Positions 27,418-36,282 of a DNA stretch of 64,000 nucleotides are shown here, in pieces. The DNA is taken from contig SVSM01000003.1 of the NCBI GenBank assembly GCA_015064295.1, positions 6,942 through 70,941 on the forward strand. Reading direction: 5' to 3'. The notes beneath the pieces are model-generated. The model saw nothing but the letters and a program-made list of their open reading frames with translations. It had not been told where the DNA came from and made no database searches. The position numbers and the translations under genes are program-made. Numbering within the stretch: position 1 is the stretch's first letter; each line of letters begins with the position of its first letter. Source of the DNA: Oscillospiraceae bacterium (GTDB lineage: Bacteria > Bacillota > Clostridia > Oscillospirales > CAG-272).

Positions 27418-27848
27418 CGCTCGTAACGCCCGCGGTTTCGCAGGCCTCCGAGCTTGCCAAGGTCGACGCGGTCTGCTTTACCGATCCCTGGAGCGAGACC
27501 TCCTTTCGGGAGGCCCTTGCGGGGGAGGGGTACACCTTTGTGGCGCTGGAGGAGGGGGGAGAGCTGATCGGCTATGCCGGTATGCTTACCGTCCTCGACG
27601 TGGCAGATGTGACTAACGTGGCCGTTCTGCCGGCCTTTCGGCGGCAGGGCCTGGCAAGACGTCTGCTGACGGCATTGACGGCTAAGGCAAGGGAACAAGG
27701 TGTTACCCGTCTTCAGCTGGAGGTCAGAGAATCCAATGTTGCCGCCCGTACCCTCTATGAATCCCTCGGCTTTACCGTCGACGGTAAGCGGAAGCGCTAT
27801 TACCGACGCCCCGATGAGGACGCCGTCCTCATGTCCCTTTCGCTGTGA
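27414..27848 (+). CDS. rimI: Ribosomal protein alanine N-acetyltransferase
   Basis: FTDPWS, NVAVLPAFRRQGLA, LEVRESN..A..LY, RKRYY..EDA. Confidence 0.93.
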   Translation: MTLVTPAVSQASELAKVDAVCFTDPWSETSFREALAGEGYTFVALEEGGELIGYAGMLTVLDVADVTNVAVLPAFRRQGLARRLLTALTAKAREQGVTRLQLEVRESNVAARTLYESLGFTVDGKRKRYYRRPDEDAVLMSLSL

Positions 27849-27893
27849 TCGTTGCTTCGCTACACCAAGGACGATTTCCTTTCGATTCCATCC

Positions 27894-27988
27894 GCAAAAA
27901 ACGCCGTTTTTGCCATCCAAAGTTTTTGAATGATCAAAGAAAACTTTTTTCAAAAAGTTTTCTTTGCGGGTGCAGGGCAGCGCCCTGC
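27894..27988 (-). repeat. Three-hairpin intergenic repeat, copy C
   Basis: Minus strand: gcagggc-gct-gccctgc, acccgc, aaagaaaactttt-tgaa-aaaagttttcttt, ttcaaaaac, gcaaaaac-ggc-gttttttgc. Confidence 0.85.
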
Positions 27989-28000
27989 TATGTAATGCTT

Positions 28001-29005
28001 ATGAAAATACTATCCATCGAAAGCTCCTGCGACGAGACCTCGGCGGCTGTCGTCGAGATGGGCGGGGAGCGCAAGATCCTATCGAACATCGTGGCTTCCC
28101 AGATCGAGACTCACGCCCTTTACGGCGGCGTGGTGCCGGAGATCGCCAGCCGCGCCCATATTGAAGCCATATCGGGCATTACCTACGAGGCATTATCCCG
28201 GGCGGGGGTCACCCTTGACGAGATCGACGCCATCGGTGTGACCAACCGTCCCGGACTCATCGGGGCACTTCTGGTAGGAGTCAATTTTGCCAAATCCTTG
28301 GCGGTTTCAAGAGGGATCCCTCTGGTACCTGTCCACCACATCCGCGGCCATATCGCCGCCAATTATCTCGCCTATCCCGACCTGAAACCGCCCTTCCTGG
28401 CTTTGGTTGCCTCGGGCGGGCATACCTCGCTGATTGAGGTGAGGAGCTATACCGACATGGAAACGGTGGGACGCACCCGTGACGACGCCATGGGCGAGGC
28501 CTTTGACAAGGTGGCCCGCGTCATGGGCATCCCCTATCCCGGCGGTGCCGAAATGGACCGTCTGGCCCATCTCGGCGACCCCAAGGCCTTTGCCTTCCCC
28601 TCGGCCGCACTGAACGACGGCACTCTTGACTTCTCCTTCAGCGGTCTGAAGACCCATATCATCAATCTTCTCCACCGCATGGAGCAGAAGGGCGAGCCCT
28701 ATCCCATGGAGGATATTGCCGCCTCCTTTACCGCTACCGTGGTCTCCTCGGTGGTGAAAAAGCTGGAGACGGCGCTGGAGCGCTATCCTCACGAGCGCCT
28801 GGTGCTGGCGGGAGGCGTTTCGGCCAACTCCCATCTGCGAGAGGCCCTGCAGGCCTTTGCCGACAAGCGGGGACTGACCTTCTACGTACCCCCTCGCGCC
28901 CTTTGCGGCGACAACGCCGCCATGATCGGCGCCCAGGCCTATTACGAGTACGAGGCGGGGGTGCGGGGCGATGCCTCCCTGAACGCCTTTGCCTGTGGAG
29001 AATGA
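28001..29005 (+). CDS. tsaD: tRNA N6-adenosine threonylcarbamoyltransferase
   Basis: SIESSCDETS, GGVVPEIASRAH, HHIRGH, SGGHT, DDAMGEAFDK, FSFSGLKT, DNAAMIG. Confidence 0.98.
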   Translation: MKILSIESSCDETSAAVVEMGGERKILSNIVASQIETHALYGGVVPEIASRAHIEAISGITYEALSRAGVTLDEIDAIGVTNRPGLIGALLVGVNFAKSLAVSRGIPLVPVHHIRGHIAANYLAYPDLKPPFLALVASGGHTSLIEVRSYTDMETVGRTRDDAMGEAFDKVARVMGIPYPGGAEMDRLAHLGDPKAFAFPSAALNDGTLDFSFSGLKTHIINLLHRMEQKGEPYPMEDIAASFTATVVSSVVKKLETALERYPHERLVLAGGVSANSHLREALQAFADKRGLTFYVPPRALCGDNAAMIGAQAYYEYEAGVRGDASLNAFACGE

Positions 29006-29145
29006 ATCCACAGCTGTGGAAAACCTGCGGGGAATCCCTGTAGAATCGACAAATTTGTCACATAACCGCGCTTGCTTCTGTGGAAAATCCTGTGGAAAGC
29101 GTGGAAAGATAACGCGGCGGCTGACCGGCGGCTGACTGCGGAAAA
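28994..29145. promoter_or_regulatory. Cluster of DnaA-box-like 9-mers
   Basis: tgtggagaa 28994, gaatccaca 29004, tgtggaaaa 29015 and 29079, tgtggaaag 29091, cgtggaaag 29100, tgcggaaaa 29137. Confidence 0.6.
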
Positions 29146-29172
29146 TCCCTTTGCCGGAGAAAGTACAGGACT

Positions 29173-30342
29173 ATGGCAAACTACGAAAACGAGATCCAAA
29201 GCGCGGTCGAAAAATACGAGGCGCTTCTTCGCTCCCAGCTGGAACGGGTGGAAAAGATCAACGCGGCAGGTGACGCTGTGGATTACAGCAAGATGGACAA
29301 GATCGTCATCGGCGTCTGCGGCGGCGACGGCATCGGCCCCATCATTACCGAGGCCTCCCGCAAGGTGCTGGACTATCTCCTTGCCGATGACGTCAAGAGC
29401 GGTAAGATCGAATTTAAGATCATCGACGGTCTGACCATTGAGAACCGTGCGAAGCATATGCAGGCCATTCCTGACGACGTCATGGAGGAGCTTTACGCCT
29501 GCGACGTCATTCTGAAGGGCCCCACCACCACTCCCCGCGCCGGCGATCCCTGGCCCAACATCGAGTCTGCCAACGTGGCCATGAGAAAGAAGCTGGACCT
29601 CTTTGCCAATGTCCGTCCCGTTAAGGTTCCCGACAAGGGCATCGACTGGACCTTCTTCCGTGAGAACACCGAGGGTAGCTACGCCGTGGGTAGCCAGGGT
29701 GTCAACGTGACCGACGACCTGGCCCTGGACTTCTGCGTGACTACCACCGAGGGTTGCAACCGCATCGCCCGTCTGGCCTACGAGTATGCCAGAAAGAACG
29801 GCAAGAACCGCGTGTCCATCGTGACCAAGGCCAACATCATCAAGACCACCGACGGTAAGTTCCTCCGTCTCTGCGAGGAGGTCGGTAAGGAATATCCCGA
29901 GATCGAGACCGATAACTGGTTCATCGACATCATGACCGCCAAGCTGGTGGACGAAAAGCGCCGTACCGGCTTCCAGGTCTTCATCCTGCCCAACCTCTAC
30001 GGTGACATCATCACCGACGAGGCCGCCGAGTTCCAGGGCGGTGTCGGTACCGCCGGCTCGGCCAACATCGGTAAGAAGTACGCCATGTTTGAGGCCATTC
30101 ACGGCTCGGCACCCCGTATGATCACTGAGGGGCGCGGTCAGTACGCCGATCCCTGCTCCATGCTTCGCGCCACGGTCATGCTGCTGTCCCACATCGGCTA
30201 TCAGGCCGAGTCGGATCGCCTGGCCCGGGCCCTTGACATCTGTATGTTCGAGGAGAAGAAGCTGGTGGTGACGGGACGCGACACCGGCGCTACCTGTGAC
30301 GAGTTCACCGCTTACGTAAACGAAACGCTGAAGAGACTGTAA
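29173..30342 (+). CDS. Isocitrate/isopropylmalate-family dehydrogenase (probably isocitrate dehydrogenase)
   Basis: GDGIGP, LKGPTTTP, SANVAMRKKLDLFANVRP, RENTEG, KANIIK, NLYGDIITD, EAIHGSAP. Confidence 0.92.
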   Translation: MANYENEIQSAVEKYEALLRSQLERVEKINAAGDAVDYSKMDKIVIGVCGGDGIGPIITEASRKVLDYLLADDVKSGKIEFKIIDGLTIENRAKHMQAIPDDVMEELYACDVILKGPTTTPRAGDPWPNIESANVAMRKKLDLFANVRPVKVPDKGIDWTFFRENTEGSYAVGSQGVNVTDDLALDFCVTTTEGCNRIARLAYEYARKNGKNRVSIVTKANIIKTTDGKFLRLCEEVGKEYPEIETDNWFIDIMTAKLVDEKRRTGFQVFILPNLYGDIITDEAAEFQGGVGTAGSANIGKKYAMFEAIHGSAPRMITEGRGQYADPCSMLRATVMLLSHIGYQAESDRLARALDICMFEEKKLVVTGRDTGATCDEFTAYVNETLKRL

Positions 30343-30352
30343 GAGGGGGAGA

Positions 30353-30436
30353 CGTGCGGGGGAAAACTTTCCCCAAAAAGTTTTCCCCCACGCCCCCTTT
30401 CAAAAACTTTGGACGGCCGAAAACTTCGTTTTCGGC
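30353..30436 (+). repeat. Three-hairpin repeat variant, copy D (HP1 missing)
   Basis: gggggaaaacttt-ccccaa-aaagttttccccc, ttcaaaaactttggacg, gccgaaaac-ttc-gttttcggc, then ggggtg as in copy B1. Confidence 0.75.
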
Positions 30437-30441
30437 GGGGT

Positions 30442-30594
30442 GGGCGGACGGAGGCTCATCGGGCGGACGGAGGCTCATCGGGCGGACGGAGGCTCATCGG
30501 GCGGACGAAGGCTCATCGGGCGGACAGAGCGCTCGCCATGCGGATGGAGGTTCGTCAGGCAGACGAAGGTTTGCCATGCGGACGGAGGTTCGCG
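30442..30594 (+). repeat. 19-bp tandem repeat, about 8 units, degenerating toward the 3' end
   Basis: gggcggacggaggctcatc exact at 30442, 30461, 30480; one mismatch at 30499; degenerate units at 30518, 30538, 30557, 30576. Confidence 0.9.
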
Positions 30595-30618
30595 GATATT
30601 TTGGAATCGGAGATTCTC

Positions 30619-31257
30619 ATGAGCAGACAAAACTACGGTTTTATATACGGAAGCGCGGGGAAACGGTATCCCCGTTATTTCCGCTGCTTACGAGCGCTTC
30701 TGATGAACGGTATTATGAAGATCAGCTCGGCGGAGCTGGCCGAACGGTTGGGATTGACGCCCTCCCAGGTGCGGGCCGACCTGAACGGATTCGGCGGCGC
30801 CGGTCAGCAGGGCTACGGCTACCACGTCAAGACCCTCTACACCGAGATCAGCCGTGAGCTGGGGGCAGGAGACCGCATGACGGCGGTGATCCTGGGCGGT
30901 GAGCCGTCCACGGTGTCCTATCTTGCCGAACGGTTTGAGGGACGGGGCGTGACGGCGGTGGCCCACGTGACCTCCCTCGCGGGCGAGGGATCGGTACCGA
31001 AGGTGTTGCCCTCGGAGCTGACGGCCTATTTGGAAAAAGAAACCGTCGATCTTGCGGTGGTGGTGGAGAACGTGACGGGGGAGGCACCGCTTGCCCCTCT
31101 GCTGGTTTCCCACGGCATCCGCGGGATCTGGAACATGACCCAGCAGGATATGGAGGCGGAGATCCCGGTCCTCAATCTGCCTGTGGGGGATATTATGATG
31201 AGTCTTTGCTGTGACGTGCGTCACGCAAAAGACGAGAAAGGAGGAAAGACGTCATGA
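30619..31257 (+). CDS. Rex-like winged-helix regulator with degenerate dinucleotide-binding domain
   Basis: KRYPRY, ISSAELA..LGLTPSQVRADL..FG..GQQGYGY (Rex N-terminal); GIRGIWN near C-terminus; no GxGxxG. Confidence 0.85.
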   Translation: MSRQNYGFIYGSAGKRYPRYFRCLRALLMNGIMKISSAELAERLGLTPSQVRADLNGFGGAGQQGYGYHVKTLYTEISRELGAGDRMTAVILGGEPSTVSYLAERFEGRGVTAVAHVTSLAGEGSVPKVLPSELTAYLEKETVDLAVVVENVTGEAPLAPLLVSHGIRGIWNMTQQDMEAEIPVLNLPVGDIMMSLCCDVRHAKDEKGGKTS

Positions 31258-32213
31258 AGTACAACGTCATATTCAAGGACGGCGCGGTGTGTCTGCCGGC
31301 GGCGGCTCTGGAGCTGGACGGTGACCTGACGGCCATACGGCTTCTGATGCTCCTTTCCTACGACCGCGCCATGGGTGATGCCGACGAGGCCTTTTTAGCC
31401 GAGCAGCTTGGCTGTACGGTGGAGAAGCTGTCCGAAACGGTCGACAAGCTGCGGGAGGCCGGGCTTCTCGAGCCCGAAAGGAAGCGCAAGCCCTCGGCTT
31501 CGGGTAAGAATCTCACCGGTCGGGAGATGGCGTCGGTCATCGAGGCCGACGAGAGCATGAAGCAGCTCATCGAGGAATGCCAGGGACTCTGCGGCAAGGT
31601 CTTTACCCCCACCGACGTATCCAAGGTGGTGGCGTTGAAGCAGGAGCTTGGCTTCAGCTGTGAGACGATCTTACTGCTCTTCTTCTACTATTTTGAAAAG
31701 CTGGACGCCGTGGGACGAAAGCTGACGGTAAGCTACGTGGAAAAGAGCGCCTACGGCCTATATAACCAGGGCATTCGCACGGCGGAGGCCTTACAGGATT
31801 ACATTAAGCAGGTGGAGATGCGGAACAGCAATCAATACCGCCTGCGGAAGCTCTTCGGTATGGGGGAGCGCGCCTTTACCAAGAAGGAGAAGGGCTTCTT
31901 CGACAAATGGTTTGGGGAGTGGGGCCTGTCCTTTGAGCTGGTGGAGCACGCCTTTGATCTGGCGGTGGACCGCACCGGCAAGGCGGGGCTGGAGTATATG
32001 TCAAAGATCCTCTCCGACTGGCACACGAGCGGCATCGCTACCGTGGAGCAGGCCGAAAAGGCGTCTGCCGACTATCGCAGCTCCTCGGCATACAAGAAGA
32101 AGTTCAAGGAGGCCGAACGGGGGGAAGAGCCCTCGTCCAGCTTCAATACCGACGCGTTTTTTGAAAAGGCGCTGAAGCGCAGCTACGCTATGATGAACGG
32201 AGGTGGGGAATAA
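31254..32213 (+). CDS. DnaD-domain replication protein
   Basis: Two DnaD-like repeats (SYVEKSAY.LY..GI.T and EYMSKILSDW...GI.TVEQA). Confidence 0.85.
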   Translation: MKYNVIFKDGAVCLPAAALELDGDLTAIRLLMLLSYDRAMGDADEAFLAEQLGCTVEKLSETVDKLREAGLLEPERKRKPSASGKNLTGREMASVIEADESMKQLIEECQGLCGKVFTPTDVSKVVALKQELGFSCETILLLFFYYFEKLDAVGRKLTVSYVEKSAYGLYNQGIRTAEALQDYIKQVEMRNSNQYRLRKLFGMGERAFTKKEKGFFDKWFGEWGLSFELVEHAFDLAVDRTGKAGLEYMSKILSDWHTSGIATVEQAEKASADYRSSSAYKKKFKEAERGEEPSSSFNTDAFFEKALKRSYAMMNGGGE

Positions 32214-33200
32214 ATGGGATTTAACCGTGAAAACTACCGTCGGATCAAACGGGAATACGACGGAAAGAATCTCCGAGCCAAGGAGGAGGCAGAACGCCGC
32301 CGCGAGGAGCTCCACGCTCGCTTTCCCGAGATCAAGGAGATCGACGACGCCCTGTCGATGACGGGGCTTGCGGTGCTGGAGGCATCCTCCCGCTATGCGG
32401 GGGCGCGTCTTGAGGACGAGATCGCCGGGCTTAAGCGTCAGAATCAGACGCTGCTGGCGGATCGTGCCAATTGTCTTGCCTTCCACGGGCTTCCCGCCGA
32501 TTATTCCGACGTCAAGTACGAGTGTCCCGACTGCATGGACACCGGCTTTGCCGGTCTTGCCATGTGCCGCTGTATGAAGGAAAAGCTGGTGCTGGCGGGC
32601 TATGAAAGCTCGGGGATCGGTACGCTGATCCGCACCAAGACCTTTGATAATTTCGATCCCGACTATCAGAAGCAGGAGGGCAAGGCGGCGGAGAATAACC
32701 GTCTGGTCTATCAGTTTTGTCAGAAATACGCCGAGCAGTTTGACGACCTCGGCTCTCCCAATCTTCTGTTCATCGGCGCCACCGGCCTGGGCAAAACGCA
32801 CCTGTCCGCCGCCATTGCAGGACGCATCATCAACCGTGGGTACGACGCGGTCTGCGAGACGGCCCAGAATTTCTTTGCCGATTTCGAATTTGAACGCTTT
32901 AACCGCCCCTACGGCGGCCGCGATGCGGGAGAGGAGAGTAAGACCGATAAATATTTCGATTGCGATCTTCTGATCCTCGACGACCTGGGAACCGAGATGA
33001 CCAATCAGTTTACCGTCTCGTGCCTCTATAACATCATCAACACCCGCCTCAACCGCGGACGGTCGATGATCATCAACACCAATTTAACCCGCGACGAGCT
33101 GAAAAAGCGGTATGCCGACCGCATCACCTCCCGCCTGTTCGGTGAGTTTTTACCCATGATCTTCCTGGGCCGCGATATGCGGGAGCTGCGGCTGGATTAA
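32214..33200 (+). CDS. DnaC/DnaI-like helicase-loader ATPase
   Basis: YECPDCMDTG..CRC zinc site, GATGLGKTHLS, LLILDDLGTE, RITSRL. Confidence 0.9.
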   Translation: MGFNRENYRRIKREYDGKNLRAKEEAERRREELHARFPEIKEIDDALSMTGLAVLEASSRYAGARLEDEIAGLKRQNQTLLADRANCLAFHGLPADYSDVKYECPDCMDTGFAGLAMCRCMKEKLVLAGYESSGIGTLIRTKTFDNFDPDYQKQEGKAAENNRLVYQFCQKYAEQFDDLGSPNLLFIGATGLGKTHLSAAIAGRIINRGYDAVCETAQNFFADFEFERFNRPYGGRDAGEESKTDKYFDCDLLILDDLGTEMTNQFTVSCLYNIINTRLNRGRSMIINTNLTRDELKKRYADRITSRLFGEFLPMIFLGRDMRELRLD

Positions 33201-33221
33201 CGTGAAGAAAGGATTCCTGTC

Positions 33222-33983
33222 ATGAAAATTGCCATTGTTACCGGCGCCTCCTCGGGACTGGGTGAGGAATACGTCCGCTGTCTTGCTGAGGGCTACGATG
33301 AGATCGAAGCCATTTGGGTCATCGCCCGCCGTGAGGATCGGCTGAATCGGTTAAAGGAGGCCTACCCCGGGAAGACCGTGGTACCGATGCCCCTGGATCT
33401 GACGCTGAACGAAAGCTACGCCGCCTTCCGTGACAGACTGGAGGCCGAAAAGCCCGAGATCGTGGCGCTGATCAACAACGCCGGCTTCGGCACCCTCGGA
33501 AACTTTGACGAGATGGAGCTGTTCTCCCAAACCCGCATGGTGGATCTCAACAACCGTGCCATGACGGCTATGACGTCGGCCGCGCTGCCCTATATGAAGA
33601 AGGGAAGCTTTATCATCAACGTTTGCTCCATCGCTTCCTTTGCCCCCAATCCCCGCATGACGGTCTACTGCTCTACCAAGGCCTACGTGCTCAGCTTCTC
33701 CAAGTCGCTGCGGTTCGAGCTGAAGGGAAGGGGCATTAACGTCCTGGCCCTCTGTCCCGGGCCGATGGATACCGAATTCCTGCCGGCGGCAGGTATTGAA
33801 AAGGGCTCGTCCCATACCTTCGATACCTTGCCTCGGGTGAATCCTGCCATGGCTGCCGAGCGCTCCCTGCGCCACGCCGCCAAGGGACACGGTATCTACA
33901 CCCCTCGCCTTTTCTTCAAGTTCTATCGGCTGCTGGCCAAGCTTTTGCCTCACGGAATCGTGATGCATATGAGCAAGACCTGA
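33222..33983 (+). CDS. SDR-family oxidoreductase
   Basis: TGASSGLG, NNAGFG, YCSTK, CPGPMDT. Confidence 0.95.
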   Translation: MKIAIVTGASSGLGEEYVRCLAEGYDEIEAIWVIARREDRLNRLKEAYPGKTVVPMPLDLTLNESYAAFRDRLEAEKPEIVALINNAGFGTLGNFDEMELFSQTRMVDLNNRAMTAMTSAALPYMKKGSFIINVCSIASFAPNPRMTVYCSTKAYVLSFSKSLRFELKGRGINVLALCPGPMDTEFLPAAGIEKGSSHTFDTLPRVNPAMAAERSLRHAAKGHGIYTPRLFFKFYRLLAKLLPHGIVMHMSKT

Positions 33984-34103
33984 CGGACTTGTCGGACTTT
34001 GACGGAAAATTCTTTTGCAAAACGATTGACATTTCGCGCAGAATCGTATAAAATAGAGATAGTGAAGCCGACCGAACGGTCGGAACGAAAGGAGGCCGTG
34101 ATC

Positions 34104-34394
34104 ATGGCTGACGAACTTTTTAGCGAGGAAGTATTTACCCTCACCGACGAAGAAGGAAACGAAAAACAGTTTGAGCTTCTCGGAAGCCAGGAGATGGACG
34201 GCAATACCTATCTGGCCCTGGTTCCCATCGAGGATAACGAAAACGACGAGTACGTGATCCTCAAGGTGGAGGAGGACGAGAGCGGCGAAGAGATCCTTGT
34301 CACCATCGACGACGACGATGAGTTCAACCGTGTCGCCGAAAGCTTTGACGAGGAACTGTTCGGTGAGATCGATTACGACGAGGCCGATCAGTAA
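34104..34394 (+). CDS. DUF1292-family acidic protein
   Basis: FTLTDEEGNEKQFELL..YLALVP..I.DDDEF..V; promoter TTGACA-17-TAAAAT at 34026-34054. Confidence 0.88.
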   Translation: MADELFSEEVFTLTDEEGNEKQFELLGSQEMDGNTYLALVPIEDNENDEYVILKVEEDESGEEILVTIDDDDEFNRVAESFDEELFGEIDYDEADQ

Positions 34395-34420
34395 TCGGAA
34401 ATTTTCCTGCTTAGTGCGTG

Positions 34421-34606
34421 ATAGAGTGGCCGTTAAAACCTACAAGAGATGAATGGAGTCCGGCCTTCGCGCTCAGGGTATGCAGACCTCCCCGCCCGCC
34501 TGCTTATGTCACGCGGTCAACGGGATGCTGGGAGCACAAGCGACGCGAGAGGACACCTACCTGCTATGGCGGGTTTCTCAATGGCTGTCTACACGGCTCG
34601 GCGGGG
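34421..34606 (+). ncRNA. ssrS: 6S RNA
   Basis: About 185 nt; 5' gagtggccgt pairs with 3' acggctc; gggagc and ggacacctacctgc..gcgggtt motifs as recalled for clostridial 6S; terminator follows. Confidence 0.7.
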
Positions 34607-34621
34607 CCTTTTGAACGGAAT

Positions 34622-34653
34622 AAAAAAGATGCCTTTTGCGGGCATCTTTTTTT
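34622..34653 (+). terminator. Terminator after putative 6S RNA
   Basis: aaaaagatgcct-tttg-cgggcatcttttttt. Confidence 0.85.
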
Positions 34654-34663
34654 GCGGCGAGGG

Positions 34664-34715
34664 GGAGGAGGCCGTGTCAAGGGACTTGACACGGCCTCCT
34701 CCTTTGGTATATAAT
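34664..34715 (+). promoter_or_regulatory. Sigma-A promoter whose -35 lies in a perfect 18-bp inverted repeat
   Basis: ggaggaggccgtgtcaag-gga-cTTGACAcggcctcctcc; TATAAT at 34710-34715. Confidence 0.75.
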
Positions 34716-34724
34716 ATGTCTGTC

Positions 34725-34940
34725 TTACCGAGGGGCAACGCCGAAAGCGTTTCAATAAGGAATCCCGGTGAAAATCCGGAGCGAGCCCGTCGCCGTGAGC
34801 AGGGAACAAGGAAGACTGCCGTCCTCCTCCGCAGGGAGGGCGGGACAAGCCATTGCGTCTGCCCGTTTTAAGGCAAGCGTGAGAAGGTGTCTTTCTCCGC
34901 GTAAGCGTCACCTGCGCAGTCGGAAGACTTACCCCGAAGA
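34725..34940 (+). ncRNA. Cobalamin riboswitch
   Basis: aaggaatcccggtgaaaatccggagcgagcccgtcgccgtga, gccattg, gagaagg, B12-box-like agtcggaagactta; upstream of B12-uptake-type genes. Confidence 0.88.
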
Positions 34941-35035
34941 CCGCAGAAGCCGCGATGTCCGGCGCCGAAGGGATGCGGAAACGGCAGGACAAATGAAAAA
35001 ATGGGGATTTCCCCAACATGAAAGGAACATATGAC

Positions 35036-35542
35036 ATGAAACAAATGAAACGCTTTCTGTCGCTTCTCCTTGTCATGGCCTTGACTGCGGCAACGGCACT
35101 GACTCTTGGATCCTGCGACAAACCGAACGTCGGAGACAACTCCGGCCACCACTCAAATGCTGTCAGCGACAGCACCCCTGAATCCCAGGGAACACCGAGC
35201 ACGGACGAATCGTCCGGCTCCTCCGAGGGCAGCCAGGAGATGCCTGAGGGACAGAAGACCATTACCGTCACCGTGACCGACGATAAGGGTCAGGATACCG
35301 TCTTTACCATCACCACCACCGCCGAATATCTCCGCGGTGCGCTGGAGCAAGAGAGTTTGGTAGAGGGTGAGGAAAGCGAGTTCGGCCTTTACATCAAGGT
35401 GGTCAACGGTCTCCGTGCTGACTACGATTTAGACAGGGCATACTGGAACCTCTTGAAGGGCGGCGCGTACCTGATGACCGGTGCCGACACCACGCCCATC
35501 GCCGACGGCGACGCCTTTGAGCTGGTCTACACCAAGGGATGA
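35036..35542 (+). CDS. DUF4430 (transcobalamin C-terminal-like) lipoprotein
   Basis: Lipobox LGSC, Ser/Glu linker, GLYIKVVNG..AYWNLLKGG..MTGAD..I.DGD. Confidence 0.85.
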   Translation: MKQMKRFLSLLLVMALTAATALTLGSCDKPNVGDNSGHHSNAVSDSTPESQGTPSTDESSGSSEGSQEMPEGQKTITVTVTDDKGQDTVFTITTTAEYLRGALEQESLVEGEESEFGLYIKVVNGLRADYDLDRAYWNLLKGGAYLMTGADTTPIADGDAFELVYTKG

Positions 35543-36111
35543 GTAAGTATCGCAAAAGCCTGCTCTGGGTGCGGGAGCTGGTGCTGTTTGCTCTGTTCGG
35601 CGCCATTCTCTTTTTGACGGCGCAGATCGACCTGATCCCCAACGTCCACCAAATGGCGCTGTTTATTGCCGGCTTTACGGCGGTCTACGGCGGGAAGGGG
35701 CTGATCCCCGTGATGCTTTACGTGTTTCTTGAGGGCCTCTTCGGCGGATTTGGCCTTTGGTGGGTGCCGTATCTCTATGCATGGCCGATCCTTTGGCTTT
35801 TGTTCTTCCTGATCCCAAGAAAGCAAAAGCTGAACGAGGTGACGGCGGGGGTTCTCATGTCCGTCGTCTCGGCCCTTCACGGCTTGGGCTTCGGCTTGCT
35901 TTACGCGCCCTTCCAGTGCTACGTCCTGTTTAAGGGAAATTGGGAAGCCACCCGGATCTGGTGGCTCTACGGCCTTCCCTTTGACCTGTCCCATATGCTG
36001 GGTAATCTTGTGGCGTCGCTTTTGGCCATTCCCTTTATTCGGCTTCTTTGCCGATTGGAGGGGAAGCCCTATCCCTATCGAAGGATCGGGGAAGGGAAGC
36101 GGACGGCCTGA
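35539..36111 (+). CDS. Membrane protein, probable cobalamin ECF S-component (CbrT/BtuM-like)
   Basis: IPNVH, GFGLWW, GLPFDLSH..GN; about six TM; under B12 riboswitch. Confidence 0.75.
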   Translation: MSKYRKSLLWVRELVLFALFGAILFLTAQIDLIPNVHQMALFIAGFTAVYGGKGLIPVMLYVFLEGLFGGFGLWWVPYLYAWPILWLLFFLIPRKQKLNEVTAGVLMSVVSALHGLGFGLLYAPFQCYVLFKGNWEATRIWWLYGLPFDLSHMLGNLVASLLAIPFIRLLCRLEGKPYPYRRIGEGKRTA

Positions 36112-36282
36112 TACGATCCTTGAGAGGCAATCGCTGTACGTGCGATTGCCTCTTTCTTTTTTGGTGGCCGTTTTGCCACAAGTTAAATTTATGTGTCTTT
36201 TTTGTAAGAAAACAGGACGAACTATGGACATTGAGGCAAAAACATACTATAATAGTACTGAATATCATGATGGGAGACGGCT

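Noticed and set aside
28994-29145. Possible replication origin
   Set aside because: No dnaA/dnaN nearby, no clear AT-rich unwinding element, and gene orientation does not switch across the site.
30442-30594. Possible CRISPR array
   Set aside because: Units are contiguous with no unique spacers, only 19 bp long, and there are no cas genes.
31254-33200. DnaD and DnaC-like pair as a prophage replication module
   Set aside because: Host-like composition, housekeeping neighbours and no phage genes; fits chromosomal primosome genes.
34418-35034. Short ORFs between DUF1292 and DUF4430
   Set aside because: Region is better explained by the 6S RNA, terminator, promoter and cobalamin riboswitch.
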